From Nemertoderma westbladi (Eukaryota > Animalia > Xenacoelomorpha), in assembly GCA_032718475.1 (NCBI GenBank), contig JAUCBJ010005774.1, forward strand, positions 1 through 64,000: a stretch of 64,000 nt of DNA, written 5' to 3'. Each line of letters opens with the position of its first letter. The first letter of the stretch is position 1. Below, piece by piece: positions 1 to 12,300 of the stretch. Made by a program: the position numbers and the translations under genes. Under the pieces are notes generated by a model. The model made no database searches and was not told the origin of the DNA. It saw only the letters and a program-made list of their open reading frames with translations.

Positions 1-165
1 CTGGCTCAGGTCGTACACGCCGTCGCCTATGGTTACCAAGTCACGGGAAAGTCGTTGACTCTCCGCGGCGACTTGTTCTCTTGTCATATAGGGAAGTTGA
101 CGGGATGTACCGGTAGGTAGCGAGGGTTGTTCCTGGGTTACTTGGTCGTGGGTTAATGGCGCCAT
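1..165 (-). CDS. 5' part of a probable cytochrome b5-like heme-binding domain protein (desaturase/hydroxylase-type N-terminus); runs off the window
   Basis: Hand translation from ATG at 165: MAPLTHDQVTQEQPSLPTGTSRQLPYMTREQVAAESQRLSRDLVTIGDGVYDLSQ. MT.E.V and VTI..GVYDL resemble the start of cyt-b5 domains; the HPGG motif would lie just outside the window. Candidate acceptor caacag at 185-190. Confidence 0.6.
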   Translation of the reverse strand, partial: MAPLTHDQVTQEQPSLPTGTSRQLPYMTREQVAAESQRLSRDLVTIGDGVYDLSQ

Positions 166-407
166 TACACATTAGATTGCTTTCCTGTTGTTATATATTA
201 TTAAATCGACAACACAACCAGAAAGAACCAATTCTGCATTAAATAAATCAATTTAGATAACTATCAGACTATGTTATGCTGTTATGTTATGTAGGAGTAC
301 AGGAGTAGCAAGTAGGCCTAGACTACGAATTATAGAACACGAATTATTTATTTATCAATAGGCCTATTATTAGATTTTCAATATTCCCTAATCAACCATT
401 AGGCCTA

Positions 408-2024
408 GGGTAGGATACCCCAATTCCGGACAGAATTTCGAATTTCTCTCTATTGTAGCTCAACCATAGTTTCATCCAATCAAAAGATGATTCTAACAGT
501 ACAGGACATTATCCTACATCAAAATAAAATCTTAACATTGAGTGCCCAGCGCCATCTAATGGGCGCAAATGGGCACTTTTTTTTACAAGATTGGGTTGTC
601 CGGTATTTGGGCAGGTGTCCAATTTCCGGACAGAGTATAAATTTGTCTCTTCCTATGTCTGTTTGCTCTACAAATCTATAGTTTACATTATAGAAAGGTG
701 CCTAAGACCCGAATACATGTATCACCATGCTGCCATGTTGTCAGGGGGTGGGGTGGGGGTCTGTTCAGTGGTCTACCTGTCTGTTTGTCTGTCTTTCCAC
801 AACTTAAAAACACTAGTACATGAAAGTCTGAATTCATACAATTTTCCGATTTGCACAACTTTTTTTGTTTTAAATTTCTAAGCAAACACAATTAGTTAAT
901 GTCAATAATTTGTAAACCAACCTGCCATTTGTCTGTCTGTTCGTTTGTCGGTCTGTCTGTTCGTTTTTCTGTCTATCCATTTCTATGCAGTAAATCTTTC
1001 AATTACAGTAAAACGCCAGATCACCAATTACACTGTCACAGAAGTCCAGGACTCATTCTGGGTGGAATATTATTCAGCGCACAAACTCATTAGAGCGGAG
1101 TGTCCCCCTCCCTTCCCTGCCTTTTGGTAAGAGCCAAGAGAGAAAAGACTTCGGTTTCCCTTCTTGTCTCACATTTACCAATAAAATTGTACTTAAGGGA
1201 CAAATTTAGAGCAGGCAGGTGACTGATGAATTGCGTATGATGAGTTGGTAATAATTCAATATATTATATAAATCTCAGATTCACTCTATTCACTATTTCT
1301 CAACTAAACTCAAATAAATGTAAACAAATATAAACAAATTAAAAATAAACAAGATACAGCCAAATTTACTGATTTATCAATGTTTATACATATAATTATG
1401 TATGTATTAGGCCTATGTAAGTAGGCCTATTGTTATTGTAAGTATTTTTGTACATGTATCTATTTATTTATTATACATGTAGAGTAGGTAGGAAATATAC
1501 ATCGTATATTTAAGTATATTTATTTATATTATATATATTATAAATATATATTATTATTATTAATATAATTATTAATATAATAATTTAATTATAATATATA
1601 TATATATATACGGTATTATATTACATATATATATATATATTACATACATTTATATATACATACATTACATACATACATACAATATACATACGTTTATATA
1701 TACATATTATTACATTTACATATATATACTATTACTGTATTATATTACGGTACTATAGCAATAGCTGTATAGCCAAAGTCCGGCCTTATGTAACTGACTA
1801 TCCTATTCTGAGGGTCCCTTACATATTTAGGCCTAGTCTATATCAGTATATATACTACTCAATTCGGTAATAAAAGTAATCCAATGCAGTACAGACAGAC
1901 AGGTTACAGAAAAACCGCAAAATTCTTAATTTTCGTGGTATAATTTGTATTGAATAAGTGGTTTGTCCGGAATTTGAGTAGGTTGTCCGGAATTTGCAAT
2001 GTCCGGAATTGGGGTATCTTACCC
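408..2024. mobile_element. Non-autonomous TIR DNA transposon with TA target duplication (Tc1/mariner/pogo-like)
   Basis: Left ta|gggtaggataccccaattccggaca, right tgtccggaattggggtatcttaccc|ta (25-bp TIR, 1 mismatch); internal tgtccgg repeats and an AT microsatellite; no transposase ORF. Confidence 0.75.
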
Positions 2025-2465
2025 TACCTGATTACCGGTACTGCATTACCGGTATATGTTTAGTATCTACTGTCTGACTGTGTACCATCACCAGACACTT
2101 TAATTGCATTCAATGCAATATTCAATTAGTAGGCCAGCCTGTCATCATATTATTTCCGCATACTGAACTGGCATGGCATATTCAGATATTGCAGTATTGG
2201 TACCGGTACCAGTGTTGTACGGTATCGGTAAGCTAACGTTTAATTTACACATTGGGCATTTAATAAACTAATGATTATATATTAATTAAGCCTATAAATT
2301 CAGCATTCATCCTCTTTTATTCTGTCGGTCCCTATTGATTACGTAATAAGTATAGGAACTTGTATAACGGTTTAATTTAGTAATTATACATGCCATAGCG
2401 GATGAGAATACTGTAATTATACTGACAGTACTGCAGTAGAGCCATGGCCTGGTAGAGCACACAGT

Positions 2466-2560
2466 ACACTTACTTACTACTACAGTGGCAGTGTGGTATC
2501 ATGTGTGAGGTTACCATATGAGGAGACATTGCTCTGGCAACCAAAATACTTAGCCAATCA
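2466..2560 (-). promoter_or_regulatory. Possible promoter and non-coding first exon of the b5-domain gene
   Basis: CCAAT box (agccaatca at 2552-2560) followed in the minus direction by GTAAGT donor-like sites near 2468-2477; could pair with the acceptor at 185. Inference only. Confidence 0.25.
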
Positions 2561-3025
2561 CTGACCGATAAGATCTTCTTAGCTATTCAACAGGGATGGG
2601 AATTGTGTGGAATGTTTAACGAAAGGTGAAATAAGTTCGTTCGCATATCGTGGGGCGGGTGGTAAAACGTCCTAAGTCTAAAAAAGTTGTTCTGAGAAAA
2701 CACGTTTTTTGTTTACTATTTTAACAAAAATGCACATTTACACTGTTTTATTTCTCTTTCTAACTTTAAAAGGGTGTTGAATCGTTTTCTGATACCAGAA
2801 ATACAGATAAACAGCCTCCTTGTAGGGCTTTTTGACAAATTTGCAACATAGGACGTTTTACCAATTTATATTTTAATGCGACATAGGACATTATATAACC
2901 AATCTTTTTTATGTTTATAACATAGGACGTTTTACCAACTTAAATATTTATGCGACATAGGACATTTTACAAACTTTTTTCCAAGAAGTTTCGCAAAATG
3001 ATCTAAAGATAAACCAACATAAAGT

Positions 3026-5312
3026 TTAATCACTTTCAATTTCGTCATTTCCCGCAACTATGATATCATCATTCACGAATTGAGATTCCGACAGTGTTTC
3101 GTAATATGCCCCGTTTGTTTTTGATATAAGACCTTGTTGGCAAATATCAAGTAAATCTTTTTTTTTCTTTAGACCAATCTTACGGGGACCAGTGAAAGCT
3201 AGAGACAGAGATGGGAGATTCTTACCTGCTGCATAAACTTCTTTACCTGTAGCTTTTCCTTTAAAATTTTGCTTTTTCCCCTTTCCTTTACTACGTAGAT
3301 TACATCTGTCTCCAACTTTAGTTTCAACTTTTGGTTTAATTTCAACAACTTTAAATGGTTCATCCTCACTAAAGCTGTATTTAAACTGAATGATGTTAGT
3401 ATTTGTTTTCTGAAACCTCATCCATTTGACCTTTTGCCAGTTAACATACTGTTTTTTCTGTTTTTTACAGCTCCGTTTGTTGATCATTTTACCAATTTGG
3501 TCACCGACCTGTTCACCATTACATTCACCAATACGTCCACCCCTTTCTTCAACGACCTGTTCACCACTCCGTCCACCAATACATCCACCCCTTTGTTCAA
3601 CGACCTGTTCACCACTCCGTCCACCAATAAGTCCACCCCTTTCTTCACCGACCTGTTCAAAACTCCGTCCACCAATACATCCACCCCTTTCTTCAACGAC
3701 CTGTTCACCACTCCGTCCACCAATACATCCACCCCTTTGTTCAACGACCTGTTCACCACTCCGTCCACCAATACATCCACCCCTTTGTTCAACGACCTGT
3801 TCACCACTCCGTCCACCAATACATCCACCCCTTTGTTCAACGACCTGTTCACCATCACCACTCCGTCCACCAATACATCCACCCCTTTGTTCAACGACCT
3901 GTTCACCACTCCGTCCACCAATACATCCACCCCTTTCTTCAACGACCTGTTCACCACTCCGTCCACCAATACATCCACCCCTTTGTTCAACGACCTGTTC
4001 ACCACTCCGTCCACCAATACATCTACCCCTTTCTTCACCGACCTGTTCACCACTCCGTCCACCAATACATCCACCCCTTTGTTCAACGACCTGTTCACCA
4101 CTCCGTCCACCAATACATCCACCCCTTTGTTCAACGACCTGTTCACCACTCCGTCCACCAATACATCCACCCCTTTGTTCAACGACCTGTTCACCACTCC
4201 GTCCACCAATACATCCACCCCTTTGTTCAACGACCTGTTCACCACTCCGTCCACCAATACATCCACCCCTTTGTTCAACGACCTGTTCACCACTCCGTCC
4301 ACCAATACATCCACCCCTTTGTTCAACGACCTGTTCACAACTCCGTCCACCAATACAGTCCACCCTTTCTTCACCGACCTGTTCACCACTCCGTCCACCA
4401 ATACATCCACCCCTTTGTTCAACGACCTGTTCACAACTCCGTCCACCAATAATCTACCCTTTTCTTCACCGACCTGTTCACCACTCCGTCCACCAATACA
4501 TCCACCCCTTTGTTCAACGACCTGTTCATCACTCCGTCCACCAATAAGTCACCCCTTTCTTCACCGACCTGTTCAAAACTCCGTCCACCAATACATCCAC
4601 CCCTTTCTTCAACGACCTGTTCACCACTCCGTCCACCAATACATCCACCCCTTTGTTCAACGACCTGTTCATCACTCCGTCCACCAATAAGTCTACCCCT
4701 TTCTTCACCGACCTGTTCAAAACTCCGTCCACCAATACATCCACCCCTTTGTTCAACGACCTGTTCACAACTCCGTCCACCAATAAGTCTACCCTTTTCT
4801 TCAACGACCTGTTCACCACTCCGTCCACCAATACATCCACCCCTTTGTTCAACGACCTGTTCACCACTCCGTCCACCAATAAGTCTACCCCTTTCTTCAC
4901 CGACCTGTTCAAAACTCCGTTCACCAATACATCCACCCCTTTCTTCAATGACCTGTTCACCACTCCGTCCACCAATACATCCACCCCTTTCTTCAACGAC
5001 CTGTTCACCACTACATTCACCTATTCGTTCACACCTTCGTTCACCATTCACCTGTCCACCACTCCCTACACCAACCTCTACACTGATCTGTTTTTCGACT
5101 GTATCATTGACACTAATGTCACTTATTACACGACGGTTAACAATAAGAACCTTACATAGTTTCTTGAAATCGTAGATATCACTTTGTTTTAACAAAGTGA
5201 TCTTATATGGATTATTTCGCCTCGCTCCTAGAATTATATTTGTCCAATCATTAGGAACTTCTACTACCTGATTAGATTTAGCATACTCTATTGCGGAGTG
5301 CATGCTGTCCCC
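3026..5312 (-). pseudogene. C-terminal transposase remnant, interrupted by a 48-bp minisatellite and frameshifts
   Basis: GDSMHSAIE...VPNDWTNIILGARRNNPY...DIYDFKKL (ORF 4431-5303) and VNWQKVKWMRF...IQFKYSF...KKKDLLDIC (ORF 3026-4363); the upstream catalytic core is missing. Confidence 0.65.
3500..5030. repeat. 48-bp minisatellite, about 32 copies
   Basis: Unit acgacctgttcaccactccgtccaccaatacatccacccctttgttca; encodes GGCIGGRSGEQVVEQR in the transposase frame. Confidence 0.95.
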
Positions 5313-5966
5313 TTGAATTAGTTCTGTCTAGAATACTAAACATTGCGACATTTTGGTCTTTTTGGAATCACTAAATGCCATTCAGCAAGAAATACTAACT
5401 ATTAATAGTAATGGAACTCCTGTCTTGACTGACCTTTAACGTGACAAAACGTCCTATGTTTCACTTTTAATTTGTTATTTGTAATCGTTTTTTCGACTTA
5501 GGACAACTTACCACCTTAAGTATAAAGTTAGGACGTTTTACCATCCGTAGCCTTAACTTAGGACAACTGAAAATTTGCAAATAACTCCGTTAAACTGTTA
5601 TTTTATCACTAATCCTTTGGTAGAAAGGAGGGAAATTCAATTTTATACCCAATTCACTCAAAACATGAATTTTGAGAAAATTTGACTTAGGACGTTTTAC
5701 CACCCGCCCCACGATATAGAAATAACTCTGGTTTCTTTATTATAACTCTAAGCTTAGGAGGGGGGGGGGGGGGTGGGGGGGGGAATGAGGGGGGGGGGGG
5801 GGGGGATGGGGTGCTTTCTGGCAAAAAAATTGGTATTAAAAAGTGAGTTTTGGTGTATTTTTTTCACTTTGTCTATTATGGGAAATAATTAATTATATTC
5901 AGGAATTCAGAGGGGAACAGTCTAGATTCAGGAGAGATTCAGGGATGAAATTGAACATGATGATGA

Positions 5967-6191
5967 AAACAGTCTAGATTACTAGGGAACAGTCTAGATT
6001 ACTAGGGAACAGTCTAGATTACTAGGGAACAGTCTAGATTACTAGGGAACAGTCTAGATTACTAGGGAACAGTCTAGATTACTAGGGAACAGTCTAGATT
6101 ACTAGGGAACAGTCTAGATTACTAGGGAACAGTCTAGATTACTAGGGAACAGTCTAGATTACTAGGGAACAGTCTAGATTACTAGGGAACA
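5967..6191. repeat. 20-bp tandem repeat, about 11 copies
   Basis: Unit actagggaacagtctagatt, about 65 bp downstream of the donor of the last Fat exon seen. Confidence 0.95.
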
Positions 6192-6256
6192 CTTAGTAAC
6201 ACTCAGGTAACACATCTCGGGTACACTATATAGTCAACACTACCATGGTTACTCAC

Positions 6257-6387
6257 CATCATATTCTATGGCACACTTGCATTGGTATCCGTTCACTCCA
6301 CCCGCCATTGGGAAACACTGGCCTCCATTCTTACAAGGTAAATCAGTGCAGGGGAACCGGTCGTGTCTGCATTGGCGTCCTTGGTAC
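6257..6387 (-). CDS. Fat-like exon 22 in window (EGF)
   Basis: ctttcag|G YQGRQCRHDRFPCTDLPCKNGGQCFPMAGGVNGYQCKCAIEYD G|gtgagt; phase matches the exon ending at 23099. Confidence 0.85.
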
Positions 6388-9300
6388 CTGAAAGGGAAAC
6401 GATTTGGGTAAAACAAGATTGGTTCCAGCTATTATTGAGTTATATAAATCAGATATTTTTTAGGAGAAAAGGCAATTTTAAAATAATTTTAAGTATTAAT
6501 TATATGATGGTTGCTATACAAGACTACTAAGGGCAGCCCTAAACATCAGCTGAGGACAACACATGACAAACCCGAGCTTTATGGTACAATACTCAACCAC
6601 CCTCCGCGAACGCAGATTAAGATTCAGTGGGCACTACTGGAGAGGTAAACAATCATGAGAATCAACCAGTGTCACAACAGCCCGCTACATAGTGTCCTCC
6701 ATGCCACCCTAGAGCTAAATAGGAAACACCTTATGAAGGAATATCTAGCGCTTATAGAAACGCCAGTAGGAACAAGCACTACCATCACTTAACCAGGATA
6801 TTAGTTGTTCGACTCGATCTTAACAAACCAACAATCTCGGAACCAGTTGGGGCCAACTTCATCATGAACTGTCATAGCAATCGCTCCATCTCTTTCAAAC
6901 GCAGACACGCCGACATCATACACCTGAGTATTTTAACCAGTGCTAGCTGCTGCAGTATTCTACTTGTTTAAATACATGTGGCCAAGCGGCAGGCAGAGAT
7001 TGAACTCTTTTTAATCCGTATTTTATCGATCGTGCTTGTTTTTAATTTGACATACCAGTTTTTAACAACCGACCCTAACGAATTAAATTATTATAATTAT
7101 GTAGCACATTCGTGTTCGTGTTTAGACTTATCTATTATAGTATGTTTATAACGATATTTGCATGTTGTATTTGTGCTGCGCAATTTTTATTTATGTCAAT
7201 TTTAAATTGCCTTAATTGTATTGTTCTGATTGGTGGTGGGATGTTGGGTTGGTGCAGCTGTATATACAATTTTAATTATAATCTCTGTATGGCTGATTAT
7301 TTTAAATTGATTCAATATAATGAAATAAACATGAGATCATACCAGCAAAACAGGGAAAACGTCACCGTGGACGACCGGCCATAACATATATAGATCAACT
7401 TGAAACGGATACTGAACTTGGGAGAAACGAAATTGCGACAACTATGGAGAATCGGGAAGCGGGGGGGGGGGGGGGGGGGGGATTGCAATTTTTTGACAAT
7501 TTGTGACATGGGGGGGGGGGGGGCAGTTATACTTGTGACGTCACAATAGCACTTGGTGAACAAATAAAATAAATAACACCAACACCAACATCCAAAGTTA
7601 GATCTATTAAAGTAAATGAACTGTTAATTCTAAGTGGCCTTAAAGATGAAGAACACCACATTGACTGGGTAGATAAGGACGTGGTAGAGTTAGACCCAGG
7701 AAGTGGCACAATAGTCGGTCGTATACCTGGTGCTGGTATACCGGTGATCGATGTCGAAACTCAGATGTAGTCAATCCCATGGGAGTGAATATGTGGGGTG
7801 TCTTTCTTGTTTAGTTAGTCATTGTGTACATCTGAATTAACGAAGTATTAACATGAGTGAATATGTGCGGTATCTTCCTTGTTTAGTCATTGCGTACAGC
7901 TGAATTAATGAAGTATTAATATTTAGTTTTAATAACATAATAATTAAAAATTTAACATTTTTTATTAACTAACTGTTATGTTCTGATAGGAATATAACGA
8001 TGTGATATAACATAAGTATAATATGTAATGCAGCTTGCATGTATATATATAAAGACACCCAACACCAAATAATACGTAGGCCTATATCAGTGTTTGGCCT
8101 ACGGCCATACCCCAGGCTGTAGTCTGATAGGTCAGTATATATCAGCCCCGACAAGCCCTATAGCTTGCATATAAAAAAGTATCTCACTCCGGCTAAGCGT
8201 CGCGCCACCTAACGGCCGATCACTGCGCAATGTACAATATAATCGAAATCTATCAATTCCCCTTTTTCCCTTTTTTTTGAAGTTAATAGTCTTATCTTAA
8301 CTTGCGAATCGATTAGGAGGGGTACCAGACGTGGAACGGGTACTTCTCCTTGGGATAGGGTGGACTGTAGTAGTGTCGGCGAATGTGACAGTTTGTTGTT
8401 TTACTTTTGGGGGTGCCGGAATTTGTTTTTCCCCTGGTGGACCCAAAAGTTGTCCTTTATTGAGGGGGCGTAAATAACGGCGGTTTCTAATGAGAGAACG
8501 CCTGCTGGGAAATATAATTGTGTATCTTCTGGGGCCAGGTTTCTCTGTGATTGTCCCAATTCGGTCCCATAATTTTGTTCGCTGATTCTGCACCCACACC
8601 TCGCAGCCTATTGATAGAGGCGGTAAATTGTGTGCGGATTGATTGTAATGTTCAATACAATCTTGTTGAAGTTCTGCAGCGCGCTGGTCAGTCGATTTGG
8701 ATTCTAGATTATACTCTGGTTTAAAAAATTTATAATGGGTTGGTATGCGGGTCCGGAGTGGACGGCCATATAGTATCTGAGCAGGAGAGAGACCAGTGGA
8801 AAGGGGGGTGTTGCGCCATTCTAGAATGGCCTCTGAGAACAGAGTGTGGTTGAGATGGCCGCTGTTTGTCTGGCATTTCTTGATAAGTGCTTTCATGGCG
8901 CCAACAGCGACTTCGGCATGCCCATTGGATTCTGGGTGTTCTGGAGATGAGACTCTGTGAGTCACAGACCAGTCATTGAGGAACGATGAGAACTCCTCAG
9001 AATTGTATTGGGGGCCGCCATCTGTTGAAATTTCCACAGGGACGCCTGTATCGCGGAACTGTTGAATGAATGATTTAACGAGATGACGAGTTGATGGGCA
9101 TGATGGATATGACTCCACAATGGGCCAACCCGAATAGCGATCAACATAGACCATATAATGTTGGTTTGCGTAGGAGAACAGATCGGAAGAACACTGTTCG
9201 AATGGGCGAGTTGGTCGTGGTGTTGGGATAATTTCCTCATGAGGCTGGCTACGTTGGTGATGCTGACATAGGTCACAGCTGTTCACCATATTAGTAATAT

Positions 9301-12300
9301 CGGAGTTTATTCCAGGCCAGTAAAAAATCTGGCGGGCTCGTCTTTTAGTGCGGTCTAGACCTTGGTGAGAGGTATGTAACCTCTGTAACATTGTGTTACG
9401 GATTGCGGATGGGACGACTATACGTGAGCCGTAGAGGATGAGTTCGTCGTCCACTGATAAGTCACCGAGGATTGACTTAAATGGGAGGAGCGATGGTTCG
9501 AGTTTGTGTAAGTCGACACCGTGTAAAATAGTATCGCGTAAGCGTTTGTAATTATCGTCGCAGGTTGCTGCGGCTGTTATTATCTTGAGTGCGGAGTCCC
9601 GAGGGCGAGGGGGTTTGATTTTCTCCGTCGGATCGATGTCGATGGCTACGATTTGTTGGATGACGGAAACATTAGTATGGTCCTCGAATAGTTCGTCGTC
9701 ATTTAATTGAGGGTCGGAGAGAGAGGGCGCGAGAGAGCGCATCGGCGATTTGGTTATTTTTACCTGGAACCCAGTGCGCCGTAAATATATATGGAGCGAG
9801 TTTCTCTCTCAAACGCTGTAAACGGGGGTTTTCTATAGCATCCAGTGTATATTGATTTAGTATAGGGATCAATGGCTTATGGTCTACTTCAACGTGGAAG
9901 TGGGGAAGACCCTGTAGATATAGTTTAGATTTGGATGCGGCCCAAACTACAGCGAGTAGTTCTAATTCAACCATGGCGTAACGCGACTCAGCATCCGACA
10001 GAAAGTGTGAGCCGCATTGTATGAGACGCCACGAGGGGGTTGCGTTGGGTTCATTATGGTTCTGGAGTAGGGCGTACCCCAAACCTTTAAGGCGGGAAGC
10101 GTCCGTTCGCAGCATAGTCGGTAATGCTGAGTTAAATGTTTGTAGAACGGGTGGGGATACAAGCGCAGCCTTTACGGCGTTAAATGCGTCGGTATGCGGG
10201 TCCAACCACATAAATGTATTGCGAACTTGTAGCAATGGACGTAATGGGGCGGCCGCTGCTGAAATTTCTGTGGAGAAATCGGCGAGTTGGTTTACTAAAC
10301 CAAAGAAGGATCGCAGTTCGCTAATATTTGTTGGAGTCGGGAAATCTGAAAGAGCTGATACCCGCTTTGGGTCCGCCCGGATGCCGTCTCGACCAATAAC
10401 ATAGCCGGCAAACTCGACACTCGGTTGAGCGAAAACTAATTTCTTTGGGTTTAACGTTATCCCATTGTTACGACATCTCGTAAACAGTTCTGTAACCATG
10501 GAAACGTGTTCTTCGAATGTCGTTGAGTATATAATAATGTCGTCAACAATTTTCTTAAAGTTAGAAAGTCCTTCAAGGGCGGCGTCACCACGGCGGCAAT
10601 ATTCATCTCCGGAGGAGGATAAACCCATCGGTGCGCGAATATATTTATAGCGGCCGTAAGGAGTGAGGAAGGTAGTTAGATTTTGGCTCTCTGGCTCCAG
10701 TTCTATTTGCCAGTAACCGTGAGTGGCATCGAACTTGGAGAAATAGTTCATTCCATGGGGTATCGAGGTGACAACGTCACGTGGACACGGGAATGGGTGG
10801 ACTGGACGGCGAATAAATTTATTTAGTTTAGTATGGTCCACACAAATTCGAAGTCCGCCGGAATTTTTTGGAGTCACGACGAGTGGGCTGACGAACTCGG
10901 TCGGTTCAGCCACACGTTTAATAATTCCTTTATTTTCCATTTGGTCTAAGTTCGCCTTAACTTCATCCCGGTATGAGAACGGTAGAGTGCGGGCTGCGTG
11001 GACAGCATGCGGGACGTAGTTATCCTGTAGATAGATGCGCATAGGAGGTCCCGCCATAACAGGGAGTGTGACATCGGGAAAACTTCCGCGGAAGATATCG
11101 GAAAACTCATCGAGGAGTTTCGTAGAGCGGAGTTTAATAACCTCAACGCTCGGTTCATTACCGGTGGAGGTTATGGACAGAGTTTGTCCGCGACGTTGGG
11201 TTACATAGCCAGGAACCGGGAATTCCGGCGATAATAGACCGTGGAGTTTACAGAGCTCGAAGGATAAAAGGAATCCAGAGAAGTCCGGTGTCACGTACGC
11301 CGTTGCATTGACCGTTCTGTCATAATAGTTTATATCCATATTAATGGAGCCCAAACACTTTAAGGGTGTGTTATTAGCAGCTTTCAGAGCGATAGTATCT
11401 TTGGGGTTAACGAAATGTAAGAGTTTGTTATTTTTAATTATTTCTGAACAGATAATGGTGTCGTCAGCACCCGTGTCCGCAATTGTATGAGGCGAGAAAT
11501 GGATACCGTGGCATATAACGGAAACGTTGAACAGGGGTTGGCGACAGGTAACGATATTAATAAAGGAGGGGGGATTCACTGCGTTTGTGTGGGATGTTAT
11601 GTCAGAGTTTAATTTATTATCCGAAGCCTCCGACTTAGGTTTCATACAAACGGGGCGAATGTGCCCTTTGATCCCGCAGTTGTGACAAATGTTGTCACGG
11701 TAGGGGCACTCGCTTCGGGGGTGGGCGATGAAGCATTTGCTACAACTTTTATTACCGGTACTTTCTCGTGTGCGTTCGCTGGGGCGACGAGAACGTGAGG
11801 TCGACTTACCGGAGGTTGACTGATTCCGATAGCATGGCTTTGGTCCTGAATAACGCGGTTTATTTGGTTGTCTACCGGTAGGCCTGCCCGAGGTGAGTTT
11901 ATTGGTTTTAGAGGAGATGGCCGCAGTCGCATCCCGGCGGGATTGCTCGCGGGATCGACATGTCCTAAGGACGTCATCCAAAGAAGGATCGTCGAATTTC
12001 TCGAAAATTTTCTCGCGGAGTTCATCATCGTTTACGCCCGAGATAATTTTTGTTAATAGTTGCTGGTCGCAGCAGTGCTCACAGGGTTCGGAGTTGTCCT
12101 GGAGTTCTGATAGGCGAACGTGAAAATCGTCGAATGATTCCCCAGCCGACTGTTTAGCTAGGTAGAAGTCAACGCGTCGGCAAACGACGTTGGTTTTCTT
12201 TCGGTAGTGTTTTTCGAGGATTTCGAGGATCTCATCGACTTCCATCTCGTCGCTAATTCGCATGATGACACGCATAGCGTCTTGAGTTTTGCGGGATATG

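Larger units (their letters stand above)
2649..5713 (-). mobile_element. Internally deleted DDE DNA transposon, tentatively Sola1-like
   Basis: Perfect 30-bp TIR cgtggggcgggtggtaaaacgtcctaagtc, ATAT on both flanks, subterminal taggacgttttacca repeats, remnant transposase inside. The 4-bp AWWT target fits Sola1; the family call is from memory. Confidence 0.7.

Noticed and set aside
1-184. In-frame Fat-cytochrome b5 fusion
   Set aside because: Joining the phase-1 donor at 6257 to 184 hits TAA before the b5 frame is entered.
3426-5175. Plus-strand mucin-like and Pro-rich ORFs
   Set aside because: Alternative frames of the 48-bp repeat; only the minus frame joins transposase-like sequence.
7370-7970. 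Older DNA element hosting the Gypsy insertion (TIR-like end near 13335-13360, coding-like stretch 7575-7785)
   Set aside because: No matching left terminus found and the short peptide has a stop and no diagnostic motif.
9699-9742. Programmed ribosomal frameshift
   Set aside because: Lies between RNase H and integrase rather than gag and pol, with no slippery heptamer; more likely an indel.
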